A DNA stretch of 64,000 nucleotides from Candidatus Woesebacteria bacterium (GTDB taxonomy: Bacteria; Patescibacteriota; Microgenomatia; UBA8517). Below the pieces are notes generated by a model. It searched no databases. It was not told the DNA's origin and worked only from the letters and a program-made list of their open reading frames with translations. Location: assembly GCA_016432365.1 (NCBI GenBank), contig CP066686.1, forward strand, positions 554,319 through 618,318, in the 5' to 3' direction. The stretch's first letter is position 1. The number at the start of each line of letters is the position of its first letter. Of this stretch, positions 10,157 to 19,343 are shown piece by piece. The position numbers were made by a program, and so were the translations under genes.

Positions 10157-12211
10157 ATGATTAATACTATGCAAGATACGGCTGGAGGTTTGACCAAAAT
10201 AAATTTAGATAATGAATTGCCCAAACAAACAGAAGAACCTTCTATATTGGTTCCAAAAATAGAAGTTTTGCAAGAAAACGCCTCGCCAACAGTTCAGGTA
10301 GATAACACTCAAGATCACCCGCGAGTTAAGTCCGGTAAAACCAAAAAAGTTTGGTCAATAATTATGGTATTGCTTTTGGTTTTTCTGGTCTACAATCTTG
10401 TTGCTTGTTTCTTGGTCTATCAGAAAGGGGTTAAACTTGCTTCCTCGTTAAATCAACTTTCTAAAGATGCTCAAAGTAAAGATCTGGCAAAGTTAAAAAC
10501 TAGCCTTGAACAGGCGAACGTTAAATTGAACGATTTTCGGGTTGCTTATAAACTTATTTCCTGGGCTAAAATTTTACCCTTTGCAGGTCCTTATGTGAAA
10601 GATGGGGATCACGCGGCCACTGCCGCAAAGGCCGGAATTGAAGCTGGGCAGATTGTCGTTACAACAATCGAGCCCTATTCTGACTTATTGGGTTTGCAGG
10701 GCGGGGCTTCATCTGTCCTGGGGGCAAAAACCGGCGAACAGACCACCAGGGATAGGATAGATTTTATAGTGAAAACTATCCCGGACCTCTTGCCAAATAT
10801 AGATAATATTTCAGCAAAGGCAAAGATTGTAAGCGATGAAATTTCTCAAATCGACGCCGACAGATACCCGGAAGTTTACAAAGGCAAAAAAATTCGTTCC
10901 AAGATTAAAGCTGTTCAGGATTTGGCAATCGAAGCTTCAAGTTTCATTGTAAATGGCAAACCAATGCTTGAAAACGCCCCTTATCTTCTTGGAATGGACT
11001 CTCCACGAACGTACATGATACTTTTCCAGAACGATAAAGAGTTACGTCCAACTGGAGGTTTTATGACCGCTTATGCAGTGATGAAAGTCGACAAGGCTAA
11101 ATTCGAGCCCGTATCGTCAAACGATATATACAATTTAGACGCTCAGTATAAACCTTCGATTCGCGCTCCAGAGCCAATAATAAAATACATTAAAGGGCCC
11201 TATATACTTTCTCAGAATTTGCGCTTAAGGGACATGAATTGGTCACCTGATTTTAGTGTCAGCATGCAAACATTTACGAATGCAATTAGTAAGTTGGGGG
11301 TAGGTAGTATTGACGGAATTGTTGCGGTTGATACACAACTTCTTACCAACTTACTCGACGCAATTGGCCCAATCGGTGTACCCGGTTTCGGAAATTTCAG
11401 TTCAGAGACAGACCCGGAATGCAACTGCCCTCAGGTAATTCACGAACTTGAAAGCTTTGCGGATATTGAAGGTCCGATAATTTGGGATCCTTTGACCGGA
11501 AAAATAATATTGCGTCCGCCAAATTCGGATAACAGAAAAAAGATAATAGGCCCTCTTATGAATTCTATTTTGGCCAATGCCTTTGGCCAGCCCAAAGAAA
11601 AACTTCCGGCTCTTTTTGAGGCAGGTTTTAAGTCTCTAATTGAAAAACATGTCCTTTTCTATATGTTTGACCAGAAAGTGGAAGCAGCAATTTCGGATTT
11701 CGGGCTAGGTGGAACTATTAAAGATTACGAGGGCGATTATCTTCATATCAACGATGCGAATTTGGGCGGGCGTAAATCAAATCTTTATGCGACGGAGGAT
11801 GTAACTCAGGAGATTAAAATTGGTTCTGATGGAACAGTTACTAAAATTTTAACAATAACTTATAAAAATCCTGCGAAACATGATGGTTGGCTTAACTCGG
11901 TTCTTCCTACCTGGGTAAGGGTGTACGTACCTAAAGGGAGTACTCTTATAACCTCGGAAGGGTTAGATGCCAAGACCGATCCCTATGAAGATCTGGGCAA
12001 GACTGTTTTTGCCGGTTTTTTTCAGTTAAGACCTGAAGGGGTATCCAAAGTTACGTTTGAATACAAATTGCCATTTAAAGTTTCTAAAAATTACAAACTT
12101 TTGATTCAAAAACAGCCAGGCACAGACGGATTTTTATATTCAATAAAAATTGGAAAACGTGTAGAAGAATTTTTCTTAAAAACAGACAAGGAACTCAAAA
12201 TTGGAATTTAG
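10157..12211 (+). CDS. DUF4012-domain membrane-anchored surface protein
   Basis: Single TM helix; ILFQN..ELRPTGGF, RD.NWSPDF, N.GG.K.N and IQKQPG motifs. Confidence 0.85.
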   Translation: MINTMQDTAGGLTKINLDNELPKQTEEPSILVPKIEVLQENASPTVQVDNTQDHPRVKSGKTKKVWSIIMVLLLVFLVYNLVACFLVYQKGVKLASSLNQLSKDAQSKDLAKLKTSLEQANVKLNDFRVAYKLISWAKILPFAGPYVKDGDHAATAAKAGIEAGQIVVTTIEPYSDLLGLQGGASSVLGAKTGEQTTRDRIDFIVKTIPDLLPNIDNISAKAKIVSDEISQIDADRYPEVYKGKKIRSKIKAVQDLAIEASSFIVNGKPMLENAPYLLGMDSPRTYMILFQNDKELRPTGGFMTAYAVMKVDKAKFEPVSSNDIYNLDAQYKPSIRAPEPIIKYIKGPYILSQNLRLRDMNWSPDFSVSMQTFTNAISKLGVGSIDGIVAVDTQLLTNLLDAIGPIGVPGFGNFSSETDPECNCPQVIHELESFADIEGPIIWDPLTGKIILRPPNSDNRKKIIGPLMNSILANAFGQPKEKLPALFEAGFKSLIEKHVLFYMFDQKVEAAISDFGLGGTIKDYEGDYLHINDANLGGRKSNLYATEDVTQEIKIGSDGTVTKILTITYKNPAKHDGWLNSVLPTWVRVYVPKGSTLITSEGLDAKTDPYEDLGKTVFAGFFQLRPEGVSKVTFEYKLPFKVSKNYKLLIQKQPGTDGFLYSIKIGKRVEEFFLKTDKELKIGI

Positions 12212-12757
12212 ATGAAGCCCCGAAGTTATACTTCAGACGGAATTGTTTTGGCCAGGCGTAACTTTGGTGAAGCCGACAGAATCCTTGTAATATTCAGCAG
12301 GAACTTTGGCAGACTAAGTTTACTTGCGAGGGGGATCAGGAAACCAAAAAGTCGTAAAAGGGGGCACCTCGAAGTTTTTAGCCTGATTAATTTTCAGGCA
12401 ACGACAGGTCGAGGCCTGGATTACATTACTGAAGTTGAGATGATCGATGACTTTAAAGATATTAGAACAAGTTTGAACAAGGTGTCGTTGGCATATTATT
12501 TTGCTGAAATCGTTGGTCGTATTACTCACGATGGAGAAACCAATGTTGATTTGTATAATTTGATTCTCGGATATTTAAATCAGCTCAAAAAAACTAAGAA
12601 ACTGAAAGATCTTCGTATGAATTTTATTTACAGTCTTTTAACAACTTTGGGATTTTGGCCAAAAGGTAAAACTTTAACAGATGCCGATCAAATACTGGAA
12701 GAGACGATTGAGCGAAAAGTTTTCTCTCAAAGAGTCGGGAAAAGAATGGTATCATAA
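12212..12757 (+). CDS. recO: DNA repair protein RecO (short form, no Zn finger)
   Basis: GIVL.RRNFGEADRIL..FS...G, ARGIRKPKSR and LGFWP motifs. Confidence 0.9.
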   Translation: MKPRSYTSDGIVLARRNFGEADRILVIFSRNFGRLSLLARGIRKPKSRKRGHLEVFSLINFQATTGRGLDYITEVEMIDDFKDIRTSLNKVSLAYYFAEIVGRITHDGETNVDLYNLILGYLNQLKKTKKLKDLRMNFIYSLLTTLGFWPKGKTLTDADQILEETIERKVFSQRVGKRMVS

Positions 12758-12763
12758 TATTGT

Positions 12764-13483
12764 ATGGAGAAAGACAATGTCCTATCTGTTCACGGGCTAA
12801 AAGTTAAATTTGATAATCACATCATCTTGGATGATGTAAGCTTTGAAATTAAAAGAGATGATACTCTAGCCATAATTGGTCCAAATGGGGCCGGAAAGTC
12901 AGTTCTTTTTAGAGCATTATTGGGCCTCATTCCTTTTGAGGGTAAAATTGAATGGGCTTCAAATATTAACATAGGCTACGTTCCTCAGAAACTTTTTGTT
13001 GAAAAAGATCTTCCTCTAACTGTTAGTGAATTTTTGCGATTCAAAGAAGATAATAAAGAAAAAATTCATCAAGTCCTTTTGGAGGTTGGTTTTCAACATG
13101 AATCTGATCATTTTCATAATGACAAACGAGTTCTGGCGACGCGAATCGGAGCATTGTCCGGCGGTGAACTCCAGAGAGTGTTGATTGCTTATGCACTTTT
13201 AGGCAATCCGCAGGTACTTTTGTTTGATGAACCAACTGCAGGGGTAGATGTAACTGGGGAGGAAACAATTTATTCTTTAATTCACAAACTTCAGAAGAAG
13301 GAAGACCTCACAATTATTTTCATTTCGCACGAACTTCAGGTGGTTAACCACTATGCTGCAAATGTCCTTTGTCTAAATAGAGAAAAAATATGTTTTGGAC
13401 CACCACTGAAAGTCATCGATAAAGAAACTTTGACAAAAATGTACGGTGAGGAGGTTAATTTATATCAACACCATGAACACTAA
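12764..13483 (+). CDS. Zn/Mn ABC transporter ATP-binding protein
   Basis: GPNGAGKS, IGYVPQ, LSGGELQR, FDEPT and ISH motifs; His-rich tail. Confidence 0.9.
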   Translation: MEKDNVLSVHGLKVKFDNHIILDDVSFEIKRDDTLAIIGPNGAGKSVLFRALLGLIPFEGKIEWASNINIGYVPQKLFVEKDLPLTVSEFLRFKEDNKEKIHQVLLEVGFQHESDHFHNDKRVLATRIGALSGGELQRVLIAYALLGNPQVLLFDEPTAGVDVTGEETIYSLIHKLQKKEDLTIIFISHELQVVNHYAANVLCLNREKICFGPPLKVIDKETLTKMYGEEVNLYQHHEH

Positions 13484-14237
13484 TCTAATTCTAATTCTAT
13501 TGGTGGGGGCACTGGTAGGGGCCACCTCCGGCTACCTGGGAAGTTACATGGTTCTTAAAAGGATGTCGCTTGTTGGAGATGCCTTGAGTCACGTTGCCCT
13601 TCCCGGGATCGCTATTGCCATGGCTATGGGGGTTAACCCTCTTTTGGGGGCTTTGATCGCTTTAGTTATCGCAACCATTGGTATTTGGTACCTGGGGGAA
13701 CATTCTGAGGTTTACCCGGAGGCCTTAGTTGGGATTTTCTTTACAGCATCGCTGTCTATCGGCCTCCTTATAACCCCTGAACCGGATTTACTTGAGGCGC
13801 TTTTTGGAAATATAGACAAGATAGGAGCCATGGACGGAGTTATAACCATTTTCGGAGCAATTGTCATTTTTATTATCACATTCGCCTTTTCTAAAAAACT
13901 TCTTCTGGGTATAGTTTCCGAAGACCTGGCCAAATCACAGGGGGTCGATGTATCAAAAGTAAATTTAGTTTACCTGCTTTTGATTGCCCTTGTTGTTGCT
14001 TTAGGCGTCAAATTTTTGGGGACTTTATTGACGGGGGCGATGGTGATAATTCCGGCCGTAACAGCTAAAAACTTGGCCAAAAGTATCAAACAATTCCAAT
14101 TGTATGCAATTTTCTTCGGAGTTACTTCATCGATTTTAGGAATTTTACTCGCAAAATATATTGGCATTTCCTCGGGTCCTGCAGTAGTGCTTACAAGTAT
14201 TTCAATATTCCTCATTGGCTACGCTTTCAAAAATTAG
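13473..14237 (+). CDS. Zn/Mn ABC transporter permease
   Basis: RMSLVGDALSHVALPG and LFG motifs; multiple TM helices. Confidence 0.9.
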   Translation: MNTNLILILLVGALVGATSGYLGSYMVLKRMSLVGDALSHVALPGIAIAMAMGVNPLLGALIALVIATIGIWYLGEHSEVYPEALVGIFFTASLSIGLLITPEPDLLEALFGNIDKIGAMDGVITIFGAIVIFIITFAFSKKLLLGIVSEDLAKSQGVDVSKVNLVYLLLIALVVALGVKFLGTLLTGAMVIIPAVTAKNLAKSIKQFQLYAIFFGVTSSILGILLAKYIGISSGPAVVLTSISIFLIGYAFKN

Positions 14238-14284
14238 CTATTTCGTTTTGAGTTTTCTATAGCTAGAATATTACTTACCAAAAA

Positions 14285-14893
14285 ATGTTTGAAGTAATAT
14301 TTGACACAGAAACAAAAAAATTTTTTGATGAAATTGATGGATACGATGCAAGCAAACTTGGGGTATCTATTACTTCGGTTTATTCGCGGACGTTGGATGA
14401 AAATTTCAAGGAAATTGAGGGTAAGATGCAGTCTTTTTGGGAGGTTGATTTTCTCGAAATGTTCAAACTGTTCGAAAAGGCAGATAGAATAATAGGTTTT
14501 AATTCGTTTGGTTTTGACATCGCGGCACTTTCTCCGTATTTGCCAACTCACTGGTCTAAATTAAAACATTTTGATATTCTGGACATTATAAGAAAAGCGG
14601 AAGGTAAAAGAGTCTCACTTGATTCGCTGGCCAAGGCAACACTGGGAAGCAAGAAAAACGACTCGGGGGAGAATGCGGTTAAGTATTGGAAAGCGGGAGA
14701 CGCTGAAAGTTTGGCAAAATTAAAGAAATATTGTGAGATGGATGTGGAAATTACTACTAAAATTTACGACCATGCGCTACACAACGGATTTCTAAAATAT
14801 ACTGATTTTTGGAACGAAACTCACGAGGTAAAATTGGATTTTTCCTATCCCAAAAAAGATCCTGGCGAAAATATCCAAAACAGCCTATTCTAA
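14285..14893 (+). CDS. RNase H-like/DEDD exonuclease domain protein (YprB/RNase_H_2-like)
   Basis: FDTET, GFN..FD, HFD, SLD.LA..TLG and YC..DV motifs. Confidence 0.75.
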   Translation: MFEVIFDTETKKFFDEIDGYDASKLGVSITSVYSRTLDENFKEIEGKMQSFWEVDFLEMFKLFEKADRIIGFNSFGFDIAALSPYLPTHWSKLKHFDILDIIRKAEGKRVSLDSLAKATLGSKKNDSGENAVKYWKAGDAESLAKLKKYCEMDVEITTKIYDHALHNGFLKYTDFWNETHEVKLDFSYPKKDPGENIQNSLF

Positions 14894-14897
14894 AGTC

Positions 14898-15278
14898 ATG
14901 GATGTCGATGAAGCAAAGAAAAAGTTAACCCCCGAACAATATAACGTTTGTTTTTTGAAAGGGACCGAGCCACCGGGAAGCGGAAAATATCTTCACAATG
15001 ATACAAAGGGAATATATGTCTGCGCTGTCTGTGGGCAAAAACTGTTTTCATCCGCTACAAAATATGATTCTCAAACGGGATGGCCGGCCTTTTGGGACTT
15101 TGCAGAAAAGGGGGCCATCAACGAATCTCAGGACTTCTCAATGGGAATAACCCGGACCGAGGTAACTTGTTCAAATTGCGGAAGTCATTTGGGTCACGTA
15201 TTTAACGACGGACCCAAAGAAAAAACGGGTTTAAGATATTGTATAAATTCTCTTGCGCTTGATTTTAAGTCTAGTTGA
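14898..15278 (+). CDS. msrB: Peptide-methionine (R)-S-oxide reductase
   Basis: GTEPP, CAVC, GWPAF, RTEV.C..C.SHLGHVF.DGP and LRYCINS motifs. Confidence 0.97.
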   Translation: MDVDEAKKKLTPEQYNVCFLKGTEPPGSGKYLHNDTKGIYVCAVCGQKLFSSATKYDSQTGWPAFWDFAEKGAINESQDFSMGITRTEVTCSNCGSHLGHVFNDGPKEKTGLRYCINSLALDFKSS

Positions 15279-15501
15279 CTCTTGAGGTACTAATCAATGA
15301 TTGGATTTCGTTTTCCTGGAGTAGGTCTTCCTCGGTTATGGCATTACTTTTTTGTTCGTCTGATATTGCTTGGCACGATTCAGCCACCTCGATTAGATTA
15401 ATGTTCCGGCTTTTGGCAAACGGGCAGTTTGCCTCGTAAACACAGCGAGGCTCGCTTGAAAAGTTCATTGTTTTAAGATGGTCAAATAATTCACAAGACA
15501 T
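15271..15501 (-). CDS. Small Cys-containing hypothetical protein
   Basis: 76-aa ORF filling an intergenic gap; own TTGCCA-16-TACAAT promoter-like element (15539-15512) just upstream. Confidence 0.55.
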   Translation of the reverse strand: MSCELFDHLKTMNFSSEPRCVYEANCPFAKSRNINLIEVAESCQAISDEQKSNAITEEDLLQENEIQSLISTSRVN

Positions 15502-15558
15502 TCTAGCCGCTATTGTACTCCAAAACTCAAGATTGGCAAACCTTGTATAATTGGTTAG

Positions 15559-16377
15559 ATGAAATTTTTTATAAAATCCATACTATTCATTCTTTTTATC
15601 CCCGTTTTTTTAATCGCGGTTATAGCCGGGATAATAAAATACCAACTTCTTGATCCCTATTTTTGGCAGGGAAGTTTTGATCGGGGTAACGTATATAGTG
15701 GGCTTTCTCAAACCCTCAAAACCTATACAGTAAAACAAATTGTTAGGGAGGGTGGCAACACGACCGATGCCCGGGTTTTAACTGATCTAATTAATCCGGC
15801 TAATATAAAAGATCTTATAGACAGAAATGTGATTAATATTTTGAGTTTTGCTAATGGTCAGGCTCGCGAAATAACCGTATATATACCAATTAGTAAATTT
15901 CCGAAAGGGTTTGTCCCAAAGGATTTGGGGATAAATGAGCTGACGCCACTTAGCACGATACTTTCGAAATTTAATATACCCATCAACCGAAACCAAATTC
16001 AATGGATTTCTATCATCGGAAAAACTTCATCCTTTTTGTTGATGAGTTCGGTGGCAATTCTTGTAATATGCTTGTGTCTTTTCTTTGTTCTTACAGATGC
16101 CGGGAAAAGACTCACATTTGCCGGTGTTACAATTCTTCTGATCGGAATTTTATCTCTTTCGATTTGGAAACAGATTGGCAGTTATACTGGCAATCTGGCG
16201 GGAAACTTGCAAGCTCCACCGGTATTGGAAAAACAAATAGTAGCTATTGTCACCCAACCGGTGTTGGCAGAAATTGCAAAAACTTGGTTTCTTGTCGGTG
16301 TTACATTCACAATTTTTGGGATAGCATTATTCTTTATTAAAAAACCGGAGTTTGGTGCAAAAAAATCTGGTGTATAA
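15559..16377 (+). CDS. Hypothetical membrane protein
   Basis: N-terminal TM helix plus three C-terminal TM helices; TATAAT 7 nt upstream of ATG. Confidence 0.7.
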   Translation: MKFFIKSILFILFIPVFLIAVIAGIIKYQLLDPYFWQGSFDRGNVYSGLSQTLKTYTVKQIVREGGNTTDARVLTDLINPANIKDLIDRNVINILSFANGQAREITVYIPISKFPKGFVPKDLGINELTPLSTILSKFNIPINRNQIQWISIIGKTSSFLLMSSVAILVICLCLFFVLTDAGKRLTFAGVTILLIGILSLSIWKQIGSYTGNLAGNLQAPPVLEKQIVAIVTQPVLAEIAKTWFLVGVTFTIFGIALFFIKKPEFGAKKSGV

Positions 16378-16385
16378 TCGTGATT

Positions 16386-17225
16386 ATGGCACAGGACAAA
16401 TATTCTGCCGTTTGGGTTTCCCATTCTTCAATTTCGGATTTTCTGAAGTGCCCCCGGGCATATTTTTTGCGAAATGTGTATAAAGATCCTACAACCGGTC
16501 ACAAGATTACTGTCGTAACCCCACCGTTGGCACTCGGCGCTGCGGTCCATGAGGTAATAGAGTCGTTGGCAACACTTCCTTTAGAGGAAAGATTGAAAAT
16601 CTCACTTGTTAAAAAATTAGATCCTGTATGGCTAAAATTTAGCGGCAAAAAGGGTGGTTTTACAAATTACACAGATGAGATGGGTTATAGGAACCGCGCA
16701 ATTTCAATGCTTATGAATTTACAGGAGAATCCCGGTCCGATTTTAGAAAAGGCTGTAAAAATAAAAGTCGGTACGATGAATTTACCCAATTATTTTTTGT
16801 CGGAAGAAGAAAATATTATTCTATGCGGCAAAATCGATTGGCTTAAATATGTGGAAGATGACGATTCGGTTCACATAATTGATTTCAAAACAGGAAGGAA
16901 TGAGGAGCGTGAAGATTCTCTGCAGCTTCCGATTTATCTTTTATTAGCAACCAACACACAAAGCAGAAAAGTTTCAGGAGCCTCTTATTGGTATTTGGAT
17001 CGTGACGAGGGATTGATAGAAAAGAAACTACCTGAAATAAAAGAGTCGTATAAAAAAGTTTTTGAAATCGCTAAAAAAATTAAGGAAGCCAGAGCAAAAA
17101 ATGAGTTTACATGTCCCCATGGGGGATGTAGTACCTGCCGCCCGCTAGAGAGGGTGCTTAGAGGCGAGGGAGAATTGGTTGGTGGAAGTGAAACAAGGCA
17201 GGACGTGTATATATTGCCCAAATGA
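16386..17225 (+). CDS. PD-(D/E)XK nuclease, AddB/Cas4-like with Fe-S staple cysteines
   Basis: SHSS...F..CPR, G.AVH, GKID, IIDFKTG, QL..Y and C-terminal CPHGGCSTC motifs. Confidence 0.85.
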   Translation: MAQDKYSAVWVSHSSISDFLKCPRAYFLRNVYKDPTTGHKITVVTPPLALGAAVHEVIESLATLPLEERLKISLVKKLDPVWLKFSGKKGGFTNYTDEMGYRNRAISMLMNLQENPGPILEKAVKIKVGTMNLPNYFLSEEENIILCGKIDWLKYVEDDDSVHIIDFKTGRNEEREDSLQLPIYLLLATNTQSRKVSGASYWYLDRDEGLIEKKLPEIKESYKKVFEIAKKIKEARAKNEFTCPHGGCSTCRPLERVLRGEGELVGGSETRQDVYILPK

Positions 17226-17422
17226 TTGAAAGAAAACTGACGGAAGAGAACAAGTTGGGTGGAAGCGATATCGAATTCCGTGAGGAATATGAAATAAATG
17301 ACTCAAGACCTTCGTTTAACAAAAAAGATCATTTCAGTAGATCCTTGGTACATCAGCCAAACCATTTGAAAGTTGTTAAAAAGATACATTTACTTGAGGA
17401 AATGGCCGAAGCCTTTTTTTAA
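17222..17422 (+). CDS. Small hypothetical protein
   Basis: 66-aa ORF coupled by ATGA overlap to the upstream nuclease gene. Confidence 0.45.
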   Translation: MIERKLTEENKLGGSDIEFREEYEINDSRPSFNKKDHFSRSLVHQPNHLKVVKKIHLLEEMAEAFF

Positions 17423-17428
17423 GGGTCT

Positions 17429-18490
17429 CTACAACTGGTTAGCGATATAGCTTCTAATTTGCGAAAAATCTAACATTCCGGCTTTGGGGTAAAGAATATA
17501 TGCCCCCTGAGCGGACTTTCCTTCATTTAAGACGTTCTCTAAATTTAAGTGAATATCAGTGATTATATAATCACTGGTTGGCCCTGTTGCATCTATCAAA
17601 TTTCTGATTGCGCTGATATTCAAATTAGTTCTGACAAGTTTAGATAACGTATCGATTGTTTGATTCGTCTTACTTAGTGCATTGAGAGAAATAAGTTTAG
17701 CCAAAATCCCCTTGAGAACCGCGAATTGCCGTTCACTTCGGCCAAAATCACTATCTCCGTGCCTTGAACGGACAAATTTTAAAGCAGTTGCTCCGTCTAA
17801 ATTTGCCGGCCCCAAATCAAAGTGTATGTGTTCATAACGGCAAGTAAACTGGATTTCCAGTTGATAGTCAGAATACTTTGCTTTTAACGCGTTTATTTCA
17901 TCGGGAGTTTTGCCGCATGTATCGTTTTCAAGTCCTGTGATGGGATATAGGGGATCGTCAAAAGTTTTTGGAACTGTGACGGTAATTCCGCCCAGGTCGT
18001 CAATAAGTTTTACAAACCCATCAAAATCTATAGAGACAAAATAATCGGTGGATAGTCCTGTAACATCTTTAATAACTCCCCCCTCATTTTGAAAGCCATT
18101 AATTGATGCTTCGGCATTAATCTTGTGATTTCCGGAAACCCACAAGTCTCTTGGAATGGAGATTATGGCCGCGGTTTTTTTGTTGGTGTTAACATGAATG
18201 ACGATAATACTGTCTGTAAGCAGAGACCCTGCATGTCCGGCCCCGCCATATCCTAGTAATACCGCGTTGTAAACACCTTTTTCCGGTGCGATTTCGGGTG
18301 GCGGAGCAAAAACCACAGGGTTTGGGGAGACGGTGGGAGAAATAGAGGTCTTTTGAGGGAAGGGAGTCGAAGTGAATACTTTCGACAATTTAAGAGTTAG
18401 GTAAGATATAAAAAAACCCAAAGCAAAAATTCCTACAAGCAATATTCCAATCAAAATATTTTGCCAATTTGATTTAATTCGCGAGATCAC
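17429..18490 (-). CDS. LytR-CpsA-Psr (LCP) family protein
   Basis: TM helix and Pro/Thr linker; LTDSI, ISIPRDLW, KIN, DF.GF..LID.LGG and ALKFVRSRH.DSDFGRS.RQ motifs. Confidence 0.92.
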   Translation of the reverse strand: MISRIKSNWQNILIGILLVGIFALGFFISYLTLKLSKVFTSTPFPQKTSISPTVSPNPVVFAPPPEIAPEKGVYNAVLLGYGGAGHAGSLLTDSIIVIHVNTNKKTAAIISIPRDLWVSGNHKINAEASINGFQNEGGVIKDVTGLSTDYFVSIDFDGFVKLIDDLGGITVTVPKTFDDPLYPITGLENDTCGKTPDEINALKAKYSDYQLEIQFTCRYEHIHFDLGPANLDGATALKFVRSRHGDSDFGRSERQFAVLKGILAKLISLNALSKTNQTIDTLSKLVRTNLNISAIRNLIDATGPTSDYIITDIHLNLENVLNEGKSAQGAYILYPKAGMLDFSQIRSYIANQL

Positions 18491-18519
18491 CTTGAAGTTT
18501 ATTATACATTAGGTTTAAT

Positions 18520-18921
18520 ATGAGAACTATGGACCTGTCCTGGTATAACACTCTTAATAAACCGTTCTTTACTCCGCCAAGCTGGTTGTTCGGTCCCGCT
18601 TGGACAATTCTTTATATTTTAATTGGGGTGTCGGCCTATCTTATTTGGAAAAAAGGATTCAAAAATAATCAAGTGAAAGAGGCTTTTAAAATTTTCACAA
18701 TTCAGCTTATTTTAAACCTATTGTGGTCCCCGATATTTTTTGGAGCTAAACAGATTTTTCTTGCCCTCATTGTAATAGTTATTATGTGGATTTTTATATT
18801 CAAGACAATAAAAGCTTTTGCAAAAATCGACAAAACAGCTTCGTATCTCCTTTATCCATATCTTGCATGGGTAAGTTTTGCCACAGTTTTAAATTTCTTT
18901 GTCTGGATGTTAAACAAATAA
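18520..18921 (+). CDS. tspO: TspO/MBR tryptophan-rich sensory protein
   Basis: WY..L.KP.FTPP.WLFGP.WT.LY, QL.LN..WS.IFFG and LL.PYLAWVSFA motifs. Confidence 0.95.
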   Translation: MRTMDLSWYNTLNKPFFTPPSWLFGPAWTILYILIGVSAYLIWKKGFKNNQVKEAFKIFTIQLILNLLWSPIFFGAKQIFLALIVIVIMWIFIFKTIKAFAKIDKTASYLLYPYLAWVSFATVLNFFVWMLNK

Positions 18922-18932
18922 GTTACATAATA

Positions 18933-19313
18933 CTAAGCCAATAGCTTTGAAGCATCTTCAGGCAGCAATTTAAGAGCTATCAAATTCTGAACGACATCGA
19001 ATATGAAGGATTTGTTATCTGACCAGTTGGCGATTATTCCAATCCTATATTTATCGTCAACTGTATACCCCTTTATTATTTTAGCCGACGACTCCAACGA
19101 TTTAAAAAGTTCAGTGCCAGCTTCATCGTCGGGATTTCTTAGTTTACTTTCAAGTCTTTCTGCTTCCTCTCTTGTTTCGTAGATAAAATTAACACTTGAG
19201 GCCTGTTCAAGTCTGTGGATTTCTATTCTCGAAATACCGTCTGGGCATTCATTTTGTGAAAAGACGTGTGTTTCGCCGTCCTTGAGAACCGACGATGCGG
19301 TTGGTATTTCCAT
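18933..19313 (-). CDS. Hypothetical protein
   Basis: ORF fills the gap and is divergent from glyQS; start moved to the ATG at 19313. Confidence 0.6.
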   Translation of the reverse strand: MEIPTASSVLKDGETHVFSQNECPDGISRIEIHRLEQASSVNFIYETREEAERLESKLRNPDDEAGTELFKSLESSAKIIKGYTVDDKYRIGIIANWSDNKSFIFDVVQNLIALKLLPEDASKLLA

Positions 19314-19343
19314 GTTTAGAATGTATAGATTATAATACAAAAT

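Noticed and set aside
16386-17225. Cas4-like nuclease as evidence of CRISPR-Cas
   Set aside because: No cas1/cas2 or repeat-spacer array in the window; better explained as a stand-alone AddB/Cas4-like nuclease
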